DNA of 63,915 bases, counting the filler, from Lama guanicoe (Eukaryota), in the NCBI GenBank assembly GCA_013239625.1. It is 171 parts of 171 records of this genome, joined end to end, with 100 filler letters (N's around TTAATTAATTAA, not from the genome) between each part and the next. Parts side by side here need not be neighbours in the genome. Positions count along the whole stretch, not along the records: positions 1 to 274 come from PNXV01051889.1; positions 375 to 648 come from PNXV01051890.1; positions 749 to 1,022 come from PNXV01051891.1; positions 1,123 to 1,396 come from PNXV01051892.1; positions 1,497 to 1,770 come from PNXV01051893.1; positions 1,871 to 2,144 come from PNXV01051894.1; positions 2,245 to 2,518 come from PNXV01051895.1; positions 2,619 to 2,892 come from PNXV01051896.1; 163 more parts are not named here. One strand, written 5' to 3'. The position numbers and the translations under genes were made by a program. Positions 1 to 11,868 of the stretch are shown here, one piece after another. Below the pieces are notes generated by a model that was not told the origin of the DNA, did no database searches, and saw only the letters and a list, made by a program, of their open reading frames with translations. Within the stretch, counting starts at the first letter, position 1; each line of letters starts with the position of its first letter.

Positions 1-274
1 TAGAGGCTCCACCCTCCAGCCTGGCCCTGCCCTTGGGGTCACACAGACTGGCCTCTACAAGGTCTCACCAGAGCCATCAAACATCTATGAATGAAGATTT
101 AGTACCTTTGGGGCAGGAGAGGCAGGGCCTCTGAGGTCTTGGGATTCCAAGCAAAGCATGTGCCTGGGCTTCACCCCAGTGGAACCACCAGAGTGAAGAA
201 CTGTTCCATGATCCTTCCCTCTCTGTCTCCCGATCTCTCCTTCCCTCCAACCTGAGCTCGGGATTCAGAAGCTA

Positions 275-374
275 NNNNNNNNNNNNNNNNNNNNNNNNNN
301 NNNNNNNNNNNNNNNNNNTTAATTAATTAANNNNNNNNNNNNNNNNNNNNNNNNNNNNNNNNNNNNNNNNNNNN
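275..374. other. Artificial contig spacer N44-TTAATTAATTAA-N44 (first of 170 identical copies across the window)
   Basis: Seen directly: N at 275-318, TTAATTAATTAA at 319-330, N at 331-374. The unit recurs every ~374-375 bp. The palindromic 12-mer places TAA in all six frames, a standard pseudomolecule linker design. Confidence 0.99.
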
Positions 375-393
375 CCCGCCCCGCCCCTGTTAC

Positions 394-608
394 CTGTTCC
401 TCCTGTCTCTGCTGTCTACGACATTGTTTTTACATGACAGCAACTCCTGCACTTCACGCCTGTAACCTAAATATGCGGCTCTGTGGAACTCCTTCAGCTC
501 ACCACTGTGGACGTAATACCCAGGCACGGAGTTCTCACGATTCCTGAGCTCTCTCAGATGGATGGTGAAGCCCACCCATCTCGCTAACTTAACAAGTCCC
601 TTCTTCAT
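394..608 (-). CDS. First coding exon of an ANKRD26/ANKRD30/POTE-family ankyrin-repeat gene (partial)
   Basis: MKKG...VPGYYVHSGELKEFHRAAYLGYRREVQELLSCKNNVVDSRDRRNR parallels the recalled ANKRD26 N-terminus (PGYHVRDRDLGKIHKAAS.GNVAKVQQILL..KNGLNDRDKMNR). The ORF's stop is really a splice donor, AACAG|GTAACA at 394/393, at the position where this family's exon 1 ends. Confidence 0.8.
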
Positions 609-1122
609 CTGGCTTATCGCCTTCCGACACCGCTCACTTCCCTCCTGGNNNNNNNNNNNNNNNNNNNNNNNNNNNNNNNNNNNNNNNNNNNNTTAATTAA
701 TTAANNNNNNNNNNNNNNNNNNNNNNNNNNNNNNNNNNNNNNNNNNNNCTTCCTTCTAGAGCAGTGGTCCTCCAGGTGTGTGTGTCCCCCAGCCTGGATC
801 CAGGGTGTTCCTCAGAGGAAGTCCTGGCTTCCAGGGATCTAGCCCCACCCCACTTCCCTCAGGCTTGAACTTCTGTGCTCTAAGTCCATTGTCTTCAAGG
901 AAAGTGTTCTGCTGCTGAGAGTCTAAAGTTTGAAAACCTCTCCCTGATCAATCTCTCCGGAGTCCAAAGGCCAGCCCAGGCCCTTCCCAGGTTGCATGCA
1001 GGGATCCCTGCTTCCCCACTACNNNNNNNNNNNNNNNNNNNNNNNNNNNNNNNNNNNNNNNNNNNNTTAATTAATTAANNNNNNNNNNNNNNNNNNNNNN
1101 NNNNNNNNNNNNNNNNNNNNNN

Positions 1123-1396
1123 AGATCCCCAGAGGGGGGCGACCTAAGACAGGCACAGCCGCCTGAGTCCAGGAAGAATGTTGTTAAGCAGCTGTTTCTC
1201 ATACGTTCCGCCCTGATAAGCTGTAAGGCTCGCTGGTGCCAAGACGAACATGATTTACCAAACCATCAAGGGTCTTACGACCTTGAGCCAGACACTGTCT
1301 GTTAACCATTTCCCTTGTCATTCTTCTTTGCTATATAAGACTATGTCACTTAATAAAGCTTTAGAGTAGCCATCAGCTCTCTCTGCATACGGTGTG
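1123..1396 (+). mobile_element. ERV LTR fragment (U3/R region)
   Basis: TATATAA at 1332-1338 closely followed by AATAAA at 1352-1357, in LTR-like sequence; family not assigned. Confidence 0.6.
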
Positions 1397-2992
1397 NNNN
1401 NNNNNNNNNNNNNNNNNNNNNNNNNNNNNNNNNNNNNNNNTTAATTAATTAANNNNNNNNNNNNNNNNNNNNNNNNNNNNNNNNNNNNNNNNNNNNATGT
1501 GTTTTTGTTTGGTAGCCAAAGAAGAATTCCTGTATTTAGAGCACCATAGATTTTTAATTTCAGATTTCATGTTGCAAGGGTTACTCTGCTGGCTGAAGAG
1601 GTTATTCCTGAATCTCTTTATAACCTTTCCTTTCAAATTGTGCAGCAGAGCTAGAGGAAGCTACATAAAATGAGAAAATCCTTATCAGCAACTCATTAGC
1701 AAAGCATAGCTGACTCCCAGGAAGCATTACTGAGGGTCAGTCACAGTACTCCCTGCATGGGACTAAATAANNNNNNNNNNNNNNNNNNNNNNNNNNNNNN
1801 NNNNNNNNNNNNNNTTAATTAATTAANNNNNNNNNNNNNNNNNNNNNNNNNNNNNNNNNNNNNNNNNNNNGAATTGCTTTTCTGATCAGATACAAGTGCC
1901 TCAGATTTTTCAAGGCAATGTGAGTGATGAAATGTGTTCTAGCAGTTATCTTTAAAAGTCATTTTATTTTTCAAATAAGACTATAGCCTGTTCTTTCTTC
2001 TAGCAGTACAAGAAGTTCTCATTGATCCAGGTCCATAATCTATGTGCTTAGTTTCTTTGGCATATTTTTTTTTTCAAGTGCTTGTTTCATGGTGATGTGA
2101 ATGAATGGTTAAAATTTCTGGATTTTGATCTTTAGAACATGCTGNNNNNNNNNNNNNNNNNNNNNNNNNNNNNNNNNNNNNNNNNNNNTTAATTAATTAA
2201 NNNNNNNNNNNNNNNNNNNNNNNNNNNNNNNNNNNNNNNNNNNNCCAGTTATTTGGCTTTAAGATGAAACAAATCATCTTATTCTTTAAGCCAAAATATA
2301 ATTTATCAAAGAAGATGTCAGGTGAATAGCTTAATGCCCAAATTCTAGGAAAGAAAATTATAATGGATAGTTTGTAAGGTTTATTTTAAAGAACACCAAT
2401 AATATACATTATTGCATATTGTTTTCACTATTCAACTAACGACATTATTTTCACAAATCTAAGCAATTTTGGCCATGATTATGCCATTTTATACATAAGC
2501 TTAGAAAGGTTACACTGANNNNNNNNNNNNNNNNNNNNNNNNNNNNNNNNNNNNNNNNNNNNTTAATTAATTAANNNNNNNNNNNNNNNNNNNNNNNNNN
2601 NNNNNNNNNNNNNNNNNNTATTGTGGGAAAAATGAAAAGAATTTAGGAACAAATTACCAATATGTGAATATGGTTGCACTTGATTCTTATGCGGTTTACA
2701 GAAAATATGATGGACATACAGAGAAAATAATAAGGCAAACAGTAAAAAAAATTTGGTAAAATGTATATAATAGTATGTTTTATAATTCTGATAGTTATCT
2801 GAAAAGTTGAATTACTTCTCAAGAAAAGGTAAAAAGAAAAAAGAAAAGTCAAAGAAATATTGGCCAAAAAAATACTCAGTGTATTAGGGACANNNNNNNN
2901 NNNNNNNNNNNNNNNNNNNNNNNNNNNNNNNNNNNNTTAATTAATTAANNNNNNNNNNNNNNNNNNNNNNNNNNNNNNNNNNNNNNNNNNNN

Positions 2993-3266
2993 AAGACACA
3001 TCCACGTGGAAATTTAAACTTCTCAGAATAACAACAAAAATGAAAGAAAAACAAAAGGGTAAAAGCTTTGAGAAGCCAAAGGGAAAATATTAACATGTGG
3101 AAAATGGAATAAAACAATGTTATTAGACTTCTTGAAAGCAAGACTATGTGCTAAAAAACAACTGAGCCATGCTTTCAAAATTCTAAAGGAAAAGACCGCT
3201 ATATTCAACAAAAATATCAATAAAGTGTGAAATTAAAAAATGTTCAGACATTGTCTCAAATGTTTT
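2993..3266 (+). mobile_element. Old L1 ORF1/HAL1-like fragment
   Basis: Purine-rich, with degenerate 'attagacttctt...gctttcaaaattctaaaggaaa' resembling the L1 ORF1 C-terminal region. Confidence 0.45.
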
Positions 3267-3740
3267 NNNNNNNNNNNNNNNNNNNNNNNNNNNNNNNNNN
3301 NNNNNNNNNNTTAATTAATTAANNNNNNNNNNNNNNNNNNNNNNNNNNNNNNNNNNNNNNNNNNNNGTTTGGTTTTGTCTGCCTACCTGTCTCTATCTTA
3401 TATTAGTTCCAAAAGTCAAAAATGATTGTAGTATTTAAAAAAGAAAAAAATATGTTTTAAAATTTTACCTGGAAAAAAGTCAGAGACCACAATTATCCTA
3501 ATTTGGAAAGATTAAGAAGAAAAAGGAAAAAAGAAGAAAAGTTGAACTTTATCAAACATATACTGTGTTATTAACAAGCTTCATACAGCTCCTTCATGAA
3601 GCAAAGAAAACACACTATAAGAGAAAGAAATTCTGTACTGNNNNNNNNNNNNNNNNNNNNNNNNNNNNNNNNNNNNNNNNNNNNTTAATTAATTAANNNN
3701 NNNNNNNNNNNNNNNNNNNNNNNNNNNNNNNNNNNNNNNN

Positions 3741-4014
3741 ACAGACAAATGTCATGTGTTACCTTAGGACCTAGCACTCTCTCCTAGGGATCTTCCTTAA
3801 GAGAAATGAAATTAGATGTTCACACAGAAACCTGCACATTCATGTTTGTAGCAGCTTTATAGTCATAATCTCCAAAAACTGTTAACACTTTGTCCTTTGG
3901 CTCATGAATGGTGAGAAACCTGCGGTATGTGCCCAGCATGGAATTCTACTGAACGACCAACAGCAACAGTTGATACGCAACCACGTGTATGAATCTCAAA
4001 ATACTAGCCTCAGT
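3741..4014 (+). mobile_element. L1M (L1MB/MC-type) ORF2 3' end fragment
   Basis: 'aagagaaatgaaa...atgttcacacagaaacctgcaca...atgtttgtagcagcttta' is the typical end of L1 ORF2. Confidence 0.85.
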
Positions 4015-5610
4015 NNNNNNNNNNNNNNNNNNNNNNNNNNNNNNNNNNNNNNNNNNNNTTAATTAATTAANNNNNNNNNNNNNNNNNNNNNNNNNNNNNN
4101 NNNNNNNNNNNNNNCTTTCACATTATACTGACCTCATCACTTAATGATGAATGATTGAACTAACTCTCACTACAGAAGTGTGTTATGTAGAAAAAATTAG
4201 ACACCAGTCTCTAGCTGTCCCTTTGCTATGTCATGATTCATGTAGTGAACTGTATTTGTGCACATTCATGTTTATATATACATAGCACCATGTAGTAAAG
4301 GAAAAGGGCTTTGGAGTTTGCCTGACTTGGCCAGTGGATTCAAATTTAGGTGACTGAGTTTTGGTTATGTGAAGTAAATACTAATTATNNNNNNNNNNNN
4401 NNNNNNNNNNNNNNNNNNNNNNNNNNNNNNNNTTAATTAATTAANNNNNNNNNNNNNNNNNNNNNNNNNNNNNNNNNNNNNNNNNNNNCCTATATCCAGT
4501 ATTTCTGGATTCCCTTGGTGGATTTCTCCACTCTAAGGGTTTAATTGGTAGGCCCTTAGGAAATTTAATCTAGAAAAAGAAATTACAGTTCTGTTCAGGC
4601 CCCTAGTAATATACTAGGTGGGATTCCCTCACCTGGCCAATTCATACCTGCTTTAATCCTGGCCAAAAAATATGAATTTCCTTCTAAAGAAACCAGATAC
4701 ATACTTCTATAGGTTTGTGATTATAATGGTGTAAGTCCAGATATGGGAAGAAGCAACAAGAGNNNNNNNNNNNNNNNNNNNNNNNNNNNNNNNNNNNNNN
4801 NNNNNNTTAATTAATTAANNNNNNNNNNNNNNNNNNNNNNNNNNNNNNNNNNNNNNNNNNNNGCAGATCAGGTCTCATGGACATTAGGAATCCCCCGCCC
4901 TCAAGAGCTCAAACTCTGTCTGACATCCCAACCAGCCCCTCTCACCCTGCCACGCCTCTGCCTCCCGTGCTGGACTCCCCTCCCGGACCCCCTGCAGTCC
5001 CCAGGCCCTTGGCTCCTTTATGATTGCTTTTGCTGCCCTGGTCCAGCTGGCGCAACATTTCCAAGACCTTCTCACCGACACCCTAGGCCATTGTCCTACC
5101 TGAGTGAGGTCCTCAGACCAGCATCCGTGTCTGCTGNNNNNNNNNNNNNNNNNNNNNNNNNNNNNNNNNNNNNNNNNNNNTTAATTAATTAANNNNNNNN
5201 NNNNNNNNNNNNNNNNNNNNNNNNNNNNNNNNNNNNTGTGGTTACTGCCACCCACTTGACTGCATGAGGGGGACCAGCCTTGTAGTATGTGGCTTCTGTG
5301 GTCCCTGCTGGCTTTGGACACTTTTCCCTCCTGTGGGGGGGTCCCTAGCTGTTTGCATTTCCACAACTGAGGTGACAGGAGTCAGTCAGAAGATTGCAGT
5401 CAGCCTTGGAGCTGGAACCAGCTTGACCTGAACTCCAGCACTGAACCCAAGTGCCAGGAAGAGAGCGGACAGTCATCTGAGTGATGGAGGTGCCTTGTTG
5501 CGTGGTTCTGNNNNNNNNNNNNNNNNNNNNNNNNNNNNNNNNNNNNNNNNNNNNTTAATTAATTAANNNNNNNNNNNNNNNNNNNNNNNNNNNNNNNNNN
5601 NNNNNNNNNN

Positions 5611-5742
5611 TCTTGTAGTAGCTCACGGTGAAAAAGAATAAGAAAACAAATATATGGATGTGCACGTGTGACCGAAGCATCGTGCTGGGCACCAGAAAAT
5701 GACACAACACTATAAACTGACTAGACTTCAATTAAAAAAAAA
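5611..5742 (+). mobile_element. L1 3' terminus with poly(A)
   Basis: 'caccagaaaatgacacaacactataaactgactagacttcaattaaaaaaaaa'; same 3' end type as at 28795, 37777 and 57081. Confidence 0.85.
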
Positions 5743-6461
5743 TCCAGCTGCCGTATTCTTTACGTTCTGTTAAACTCCCATAACAATTGTTAATAACTAT
5801 GTTTAAAAGTGGTCCAGTTACTCAGCCATCAAACCGAAATAAAATCCCAGTCAAATTTCTTCCGCTCCACTTTGCCTTTTCATANNNNNNNNNNNNNNNN
5901 NNNNNNNNNNNNNNNNNNNNNNNNNNNNTTAATTAATTAANNNNNNNNNNNNNNNNNNNNNNNNNNNNNNNNNNNNNNNNNNNNTCATCACTAATCACAA
6001 TGTATTTAGATGAAATAAATAATGAGTTAAAAGGTTTACAGATTTCATTTGTTTACCTGAGACAAAGCAAAATTAAAAGTTAAAACTGGTTGAAAGCTTA
6101 GAAGAATAACAGAAGGAGGTCAAAAGTTAGAGCCAGAAAAAGAGACACCTGAGAAATATTAATCAATGGAAAGGGAATCACTCAAGCCTCCCTCAGGTTC
6201 ACAGGTACTTGAAACCCACCTTGGCCTGACACTTACCAGCTCTGTGCCTGAGCGAAACNNNNNNNNNNNNNNNNNNNNNNNNNNNNNNNNNNNNNNNNNN
6301 NNTTAATTAATTAANNNNNNNNNNNNNNNNNNNNNNNNNNNNNNNNNNNNNNNNNNNNGCGTGGCTGGGTGAGTCTGAGGGCGTGGCCAGGGTGTGGCCT
6401 CTGGAGGGCTTCTGAGGCCCGGACCCTGGGGCTGGCGGGGAACTTGGCTCTCAGTGCCCAC

Positions 6462-6512
6462 CTGCATCTGGAGAGGATGGAGAGCTCAGCCTGTCGCGTC
6501 CTCGGGGCGGTC
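6462..6512 (-). CDS. Candidate 51-nt phase-1/phase-1 micro-exon ((G)PPRGRDRLSSPSSPDA)
   Basis: On the minus strand: polypyrimidine tract 'gcctctgcccttcgtttctctcttgaag|', then 51 open nt, then 'CAG|gtgggc' donor. Splice signals only; no homology recognised. Confidence 0.35.
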
Positions 6513-6732
6513 CTTCAAGAGAGAAACGAAGGGCAGAGGCTGCATGGTCAGACCCCAGCTAGTCAGCTGCATTGCAGACCCCTGCAAGTCAGACCCCAGC
6601 TCCCCCACCAGCTCGTGCTTGGGCGACTCTCGNNNNNNNNNNNNNNNNNNNNNNNNNNNNNNNNNNNNNNNNNNNNTTAATTAATTAANNNNNNNNNNNN
6701 NNNNNNNNNNNNNNNNNNNNNNNNNNNNNNNN

Positions 6733-6879
6733 TTTTTTTTTTTGTACTTCTGTGAAGCTGATTGTAATTTCTCCATTTTCCTTTCTTATTTTATTTATTC
6801 ATGTTCTCTCTCTTTCCTTCTTGGTGAGCCTGTCCAGAGGTTTGTCAATTTTGTTTACCCTTTCAGAAAACCAGCTCTA
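6733..6879 (-). mobile_element. L1 ORF2 fragment (antisense), interrupted by a SINE
   Basis: 'gagggtttgtcaattttgtttaccctttcagaaaaccagctc'-type sequence is a typical L1 ORF2 reverse-complement motif. Confidence 0.85.
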
Positions 6880-7006
6880 GAGGGAAGGGTAATATCTCAG
6901 TGGTAGAGAGCATGCTTAGCATGCTTGAGGTCTTAAGTTCAATCCCCAGTACCTCCATAAAAACAAAACAAAACAAAACAAAAAACAAACCCAACAACAA
7001 CAACAA
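6880..7006 (+). mobile_element. Camelid tRNA-derived SINE (vic-1 type) with (AAAAC)n/(AAC)n tail
   Basis: A-box-like 'tatctcagtggtagag', 'gcatgcttagcatgc', B-box 'gttcaatccc', then an A-rich tail; homologous to copies at 32623 and 35669. Confidence 0.85.
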
Positions 7007-7106
7007 NNNNNNNNNNNNNNNNNNNNNNNNNNNNNNNNNNNNNNNNNNNNTTAATTAATTAANNNNNNNNNNNNNNNNNNNNNNNNNNNNNNNNNNNNNN
7101 NNNNNN

Positions 7107-7380
7107 GACTCAGACTGCTGGGGCTGGAGCCGCTGGGGCTCCGTGGGCATCTCCTGCTTTCTACGTGGTTTCTCCACAAGGAGGCCCAGGGTAACCAGAC
7201 TTCCCTTGGAGGGTTCCAGAGTGAGTGTCTGGAGAGAAACCAGCAGAGTATGCATGACCTTGAATAGCACCAGAAGTCACGGAGCGTAATTCTGCCACGT
7301 TCTATTTGTTGAGGCTGTCACAAAGGCCCACCTGCCCAGGGTCAAAGGAAGGGGACACAGACTCCACCTCTTGAGAGGAG
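7107..7380 (-). mobile_element. MaLR MLT1-type LTR fragment
   Basis: 'ttctgccacgttctattt...gtcacaaaggcccacc...aaggggacacagactccacctcttga' is characteristic of MLT1 antisense. Confidence 0.7.
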
Positions 7381-8602
7381 NNNNNNNNNNNNNNNNNNNN
7401 NNNNNNNNNNNNNNNNNNNNNNNNTTAATTAATTAANNNNNNNNNNNNNNNNNNNNNNNNNNNNNNNNNNNNNNNNNNNNAAAAAAAAAAAAGACACAAA
7501 TGAATTTATTTATGAAACAGAAACAGATTCACATAGATTACACAAATTCTTTTAACCAGATCAGCAGTTCAGAGGATGCAATAAAACAGCAAACATGACA
7601 GTTGCCAAGATCACAGCAGGCTTTTTAAGGGGAGCTTCCTCTAGCAGAGGCCCCACGTGGCCAAACGATGTGTGTCCTTCTTCTGCGCAATTTTTCTCCT
7701 GTCATAATGCTGATATGTTGTACTCCTCGATCTGCTGTATTAGTGCCACCAACTNNNNNNNNNNNNNNNNNNNNNNNNNNNNNNNNNNNNNNNNNNNNTT
7801 AATTAATTAANNNNNNNNNNNNNNNNNNNNNNNNNNNNNNNNNNNNNNNNNNNNTGCTGCAGCCAGCACGGAGGTGCCACACTCTACACTTGGCTTGATC
7901 AGAGGCTGAAAGATGACAGGTCTTCAGCATGAGTTTTTCGCTCTGAAGGGTGTAAGCCTCTACCTGTCTTCCCTGTGGGTAGGAACACTGGTGCAAGGGA
8001 TAGTCTTCAGACACGGCCACCCCCAAGTCCACCGACCCTGAACCCCCGAGTTGGTGGCGTCTAAGTGCCTTCCCCCAGTCTGGGTTGGTCGTGATGAGCC
8101 CCTGAGCAGAACGCAGCAGAAGTGACATNNNNNNNNNNNNNNNNNNNNNNNNNNNNNNNNNNNNNNNNNNNNTTAATTAATTAANNNNNNNNNNNNNNNN
8201 NNNNNNNNNNNNNNNNNNNNNNNNNNNNATCAGAATGAGTGCAGCCAGCTCAGACGTTTGCTATACAACACCTCCGGGCACAACCTATATTCCCAAGTAA
8301 GTTGATAAGGTTGTCAAACTCGGTCAGTAATCTCTACTCTTTTCTGGAATTCTAGGCCTTGACTACAAGGTAGTTGAGGTTTAGGGGCAAACGCAGCATG
8401 CGGTAATTTTACCCAGAAGAAAAGCTGTCATTTTTATGTACAACTAAACATAGGAGTCTTGGCTCAGACCGGCTTCATGGTCCAAAGAGGTCTGGTAGGT
8501 TCNNNNNNNNNNNNNNNNNNNNNNNNNNNNNNNNNNNNNNNNNNNNTTAATTAATTAANNNNNNNNNNNNNNNNNNNNNNNNNNNNNNNNNNNNNNNNNN
8601 NN

Positions 8603-8730
8603 TCATGAGCTATGGAAGCTTTCCATGCCTCAGTTTTCTGACCTGTAAAACGAAAGCAATCATCCCTCACTGTGCTGGTGGTGGTAAGGCTTTAGTGCGA
8701 CAATGTTCATATGGCGCCCAGCACAGAACT
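8603..8730 (+). mobile_element. MIR SINE core
   Basis: 'gcctcagttttctgacctgtaaaacg' matches the MIR core motif. Confidence 0.7.
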
Positions 8731-9350
8731 AGGCTGCTGCACAGAAAACGTTCCGTAAACGTCACCCTGGATTAAACACTGGGGACCATCGGGATGGAGG
8801 GGCCATGGGAAAGAGCATAGTTAGGGGCCAGAGCATCTGAGCTCTGGTCTCATCACTTAACATCTCCGAGTGTTAGNNNNNNNNNNNNNNNNNNNNNNNN
8901 NNNNNNNNNNNNNNNNNNNNTTAATTAATTAANNNNNNNNNNNNNNNNNNNNNNNNNNNNNNNNNNNNNNNNNNNNCAGGCTCGCGGGACTGGGTGGCGG
9001 GGAGAGGCTCCTGGCTCCGTGAGGCCGCGCCTCGCTACGGGGAAGGGGTCCAGAGAGCAGCTCGTCCACCGGTTGAAGGAGAGCCCTGCCCCTCCAGGAG
9101 CTGCGTCCACCTGCCGGCCCGCCGCCTGGGAATGAGCGTCAGGGCCAGCCGGATGTGCTCCCCTAAGCCGTCTCTGTTGTCATGAAGAGGCCCTTCCCAG
9201 CGACCCGTCCCTTTAAACCCACGAAGCCTCCTCCACTCACCTCCTCGCGANNNNNNNNNNNNNNNNNNNNNNNNNNNNNNNNNNNNNNNNNNNNTTAATT
9301 AATTAANNNNNNNNNNNNNNNNNNNNNNNNNNNNNNNNNNNNNNNNNNNN

Positions 9351-9430
9351 ACGTCATGAAAATCAAAAATACTTCCAAACATTGCCAAATGTTCCCTTTG
9401 GGTCAAAATTGCCAGAATTTAGAACCACTA
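9351..9430 (-). mobile_element. MER20-like hAT-Charlie DNA transposon end
   Basis: 'tccaaacattgccaaatgttccc...caaaattgcc...agaaccact' matches the reverse complement of the recalled MER20 5' end. Confidence 0.7.
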
Positions 9431-10098
9431 TTTTAGAAAAATAGTCAAGCGTTCAGGATACAGTAAACATTATAATATGACCAGATAGAAATTATCAGTA
9501 ATACAATATATCATTATTTCATGCAAACTGATGTTGAAATTGAGCTTCAGTTAAGTGAATTGTTCAAAACCTCAAAGATAAAAAGACACAAAATTGATTT
9601 TTTTTTCAGTTAGCTGAATCTGTANNNNNNNNNNNNNNNNNNNNNNNNNNNNNNNNNNNNNNNNNNNNTTAATTAATTAANNNNNNNNNNNNNNNNNNNN
9701 NNNNNNNNNNNNNNNNNNNNNNNNGGTCTAGCACAGTTCCTGGCACATAACGTTTCAATCAGTGTTTCTAGAATGAGTGGTCCTTCTGTGATCTCCTGAG
9801 AGTTACCCTAAGCCACTGGGTTTCCTGCATTGCCTCCTCCCCTCCTGTCTTCTCTGATCTCAAGTTTCCCAGTCAGTTCTAGTAAGGTTTCAGTTTCTTT
9901 TTCTCTATCAAGAGAAATGAAACCTTGAGCCACTTAGGAATCAGGGGGCGGGGGCGGAGGGGCGGAGCCCAAAGAAAGAGGGGGCAGGGTGAGGGAGTNN
10001 NNNNNNNNNNNNNNNNNNNNNNNNNNNNNNNNNNNNNNNNNNTTAATTAATTAANNNNNNNNNNNNNNNNNNNNNNNNNNNNNNNNNNNNNNNNNNNN

Positions 10099-10372
10099 AG
10101 GCACCAGGGCCAGATTGTTTTGCATGAGAATTCTTACAAACCTTCAACGTCCAGATCATTTCAGTGCTCTTTAAATTGTTCTAGAGCATTGTAAATGAAC
10201 GGAAATTTCCTAATTGCTTTTTCAAAACAGATATAATATTGATATCTAAGACTAATCAAGACAATACAAAAAGATAAAACTACGGACCAATATCTCATGA
10301 ATATCAACACAAAAATTCTAAAAGAAATATTTAGCAAATAGATGCCAACACCACATTAAGAATGTGATACAT
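10099..10372 (+). mobile_element. Degraded L1 ORF2 reverse-transcriptase region
   Basis: Decayed translation resembling PGPDGF.GEFYQTF...KLF...LPN.F....LI.K...[13 protein letters not shown]. Confidence 0.85.
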
Positions 10373-11220
10373 NNNNNNNNNNNNNNNNNNNNNNNNNNNN
10401 NNNNNNNNNNNNNNNNTTAATTAATTAANNNNNNNNNNNNNNNNNNNNNNNNNNNNNNNNNNNNNNNNNNNNGACCAGGGACCCTGGCCGGGACCGGTTC
10501 CTCCTTCTGTGCTGCTTCCCCGTCACTCAGGCCACACTGTGGACCCCACCTCGCTGCCCCTCCCAGCTGCAGCTCCACGCCCAAGGCACAGGGTGTTTGC
10601 ACGCCTCCTCCCTCTCCCCCAGCCAGAGAAGGATTCACAGGAAGATTCAGCTGAGCACCTTCTCGCGTCTGCTCTGAGACACAGCAAGGAACTGCATGTG
10701 CCTCGAAGCCCCAGCCCACCCTGCCCCATGGGCCTGGGAGCTTCAGNNNNNNNNNNNNNNNNNNNNNNNNNNNNNNNNNNNNNNNNNNNNTTAATTAATT
10801 AANNNNNNNNNNNNNNNNNNNNNNNNNNNNNNNNNNNNNNNNNNNNAACATAGGCAAACTTCCTTTTAGGAGGCCCTGTTTTGGTCAAGTCTGCTTCCAT
10901 TAAAACCCTGTGTGTTCAGGGCAGCAGATTCCTCCCAGGGGTGGAGCGTTCGCCTCTGGCCTGGCCGCTGAGTCCTACTTTGCAGAGCTAACAATGTGTC
11001 CTCAGTCAAGGCACTTACTTTTTCAGGACCACCTCTTTCCCTCTCACCTAGAACAGCTGTTTTTGCCCTATACTCTTAGCATAATCAGATATAAGCAGAG
11101 CGCATTCTGCTCCTCTTGGCNNNNNNNNNNNNNNNNNNNNNNNNNNNNNNNNNNNNNNNNNNNNTTAATTAATTAANNNNNNNNNNNNNNNNNNNNNNNN
11201 NNNNNNNNNNNNNNNNNNNN

Positions 11221-11494
11221 GCTGGAGAGCATGGTTCCTACGTTGCGGAGGGTTTACCCTTAAGCAGTGTTGCGTTCTGCTCCAGCAGGTGGTTAACTTA
11301 CTGGTGGGTTGACACCGTCCTTTTCAGACTTGTTTTTAACAGTTGTTAAAGTGAATCCAGTGTAGTCTCTACCCTGGGGCCAGAATAGCCCTACTCCTAA
11401 TGTCTGGGGTTTGGGAGTTTTATTTGAATGCCTGGGGTCAGTTCTTGCCAGTCTGGCTGGTCAGAAATCCTGTGTCTCCCAACTGTGCAATCTT
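11221..11494 (-). mobile_element. Old L1M 5'-region fragment
   Basis: 'ttttcagacttgtttttaa...ctggggccagaatagccctactcctaa...gaatgcctgggg' resembles the antisense 5' end of L1M. Confidence 0.5.
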
Positions 11495-11594
11495 NNNNNN
11501 NNNNNNNNNNNNNNNNNNNNNNNNNNNNNNNNNNNNNNTTAATTAATTAANNNNNNNNNNNNNNNNNNNNNNNNNNNNNNNNNNNNNNNNNNNN

Positions 11595-11868
11595 AAATGA
11601 CCTAAATGTCCATTGACAGGTGACTGGATAAAGAAATTGTGGTGTATTTATACAATGGAATAATACTTAGGCATAAAATGGATAAAATAATGTCATTTGT
11701 AGCACTATGGATGGGCCTGGAGATTGTCATTCTAAATGAAGTAATCCAGAAAGAGAAAAAAAAATGCCACTCATATGTGAAATCTAAATTAAAAAATAAA
11801 ACGACACAAATGAACTTATTTACAAAACAGCAACAGATTGAGAGACAGAATATCAACTTATGGTTACC
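11595..11868 (+). mobile_element. L1 ORF2 end / 3' UTR
   Basis: 'cctaaatgtccattgacaggtgactggataaagaaattgtgg...tggatgggcctggagattgtcattctaaatgaagtaatccagaaagagaaa'. Confidence 0.95.

Noticed and set aside
6880..6960. tRNA gene (also at 32680-32750 and 35669-35745)
   Set aside because: A/B boxes are present but followed by SINE body and A-rich tails, with no intact acceptor stem. These are tRNA-derived SINEs.
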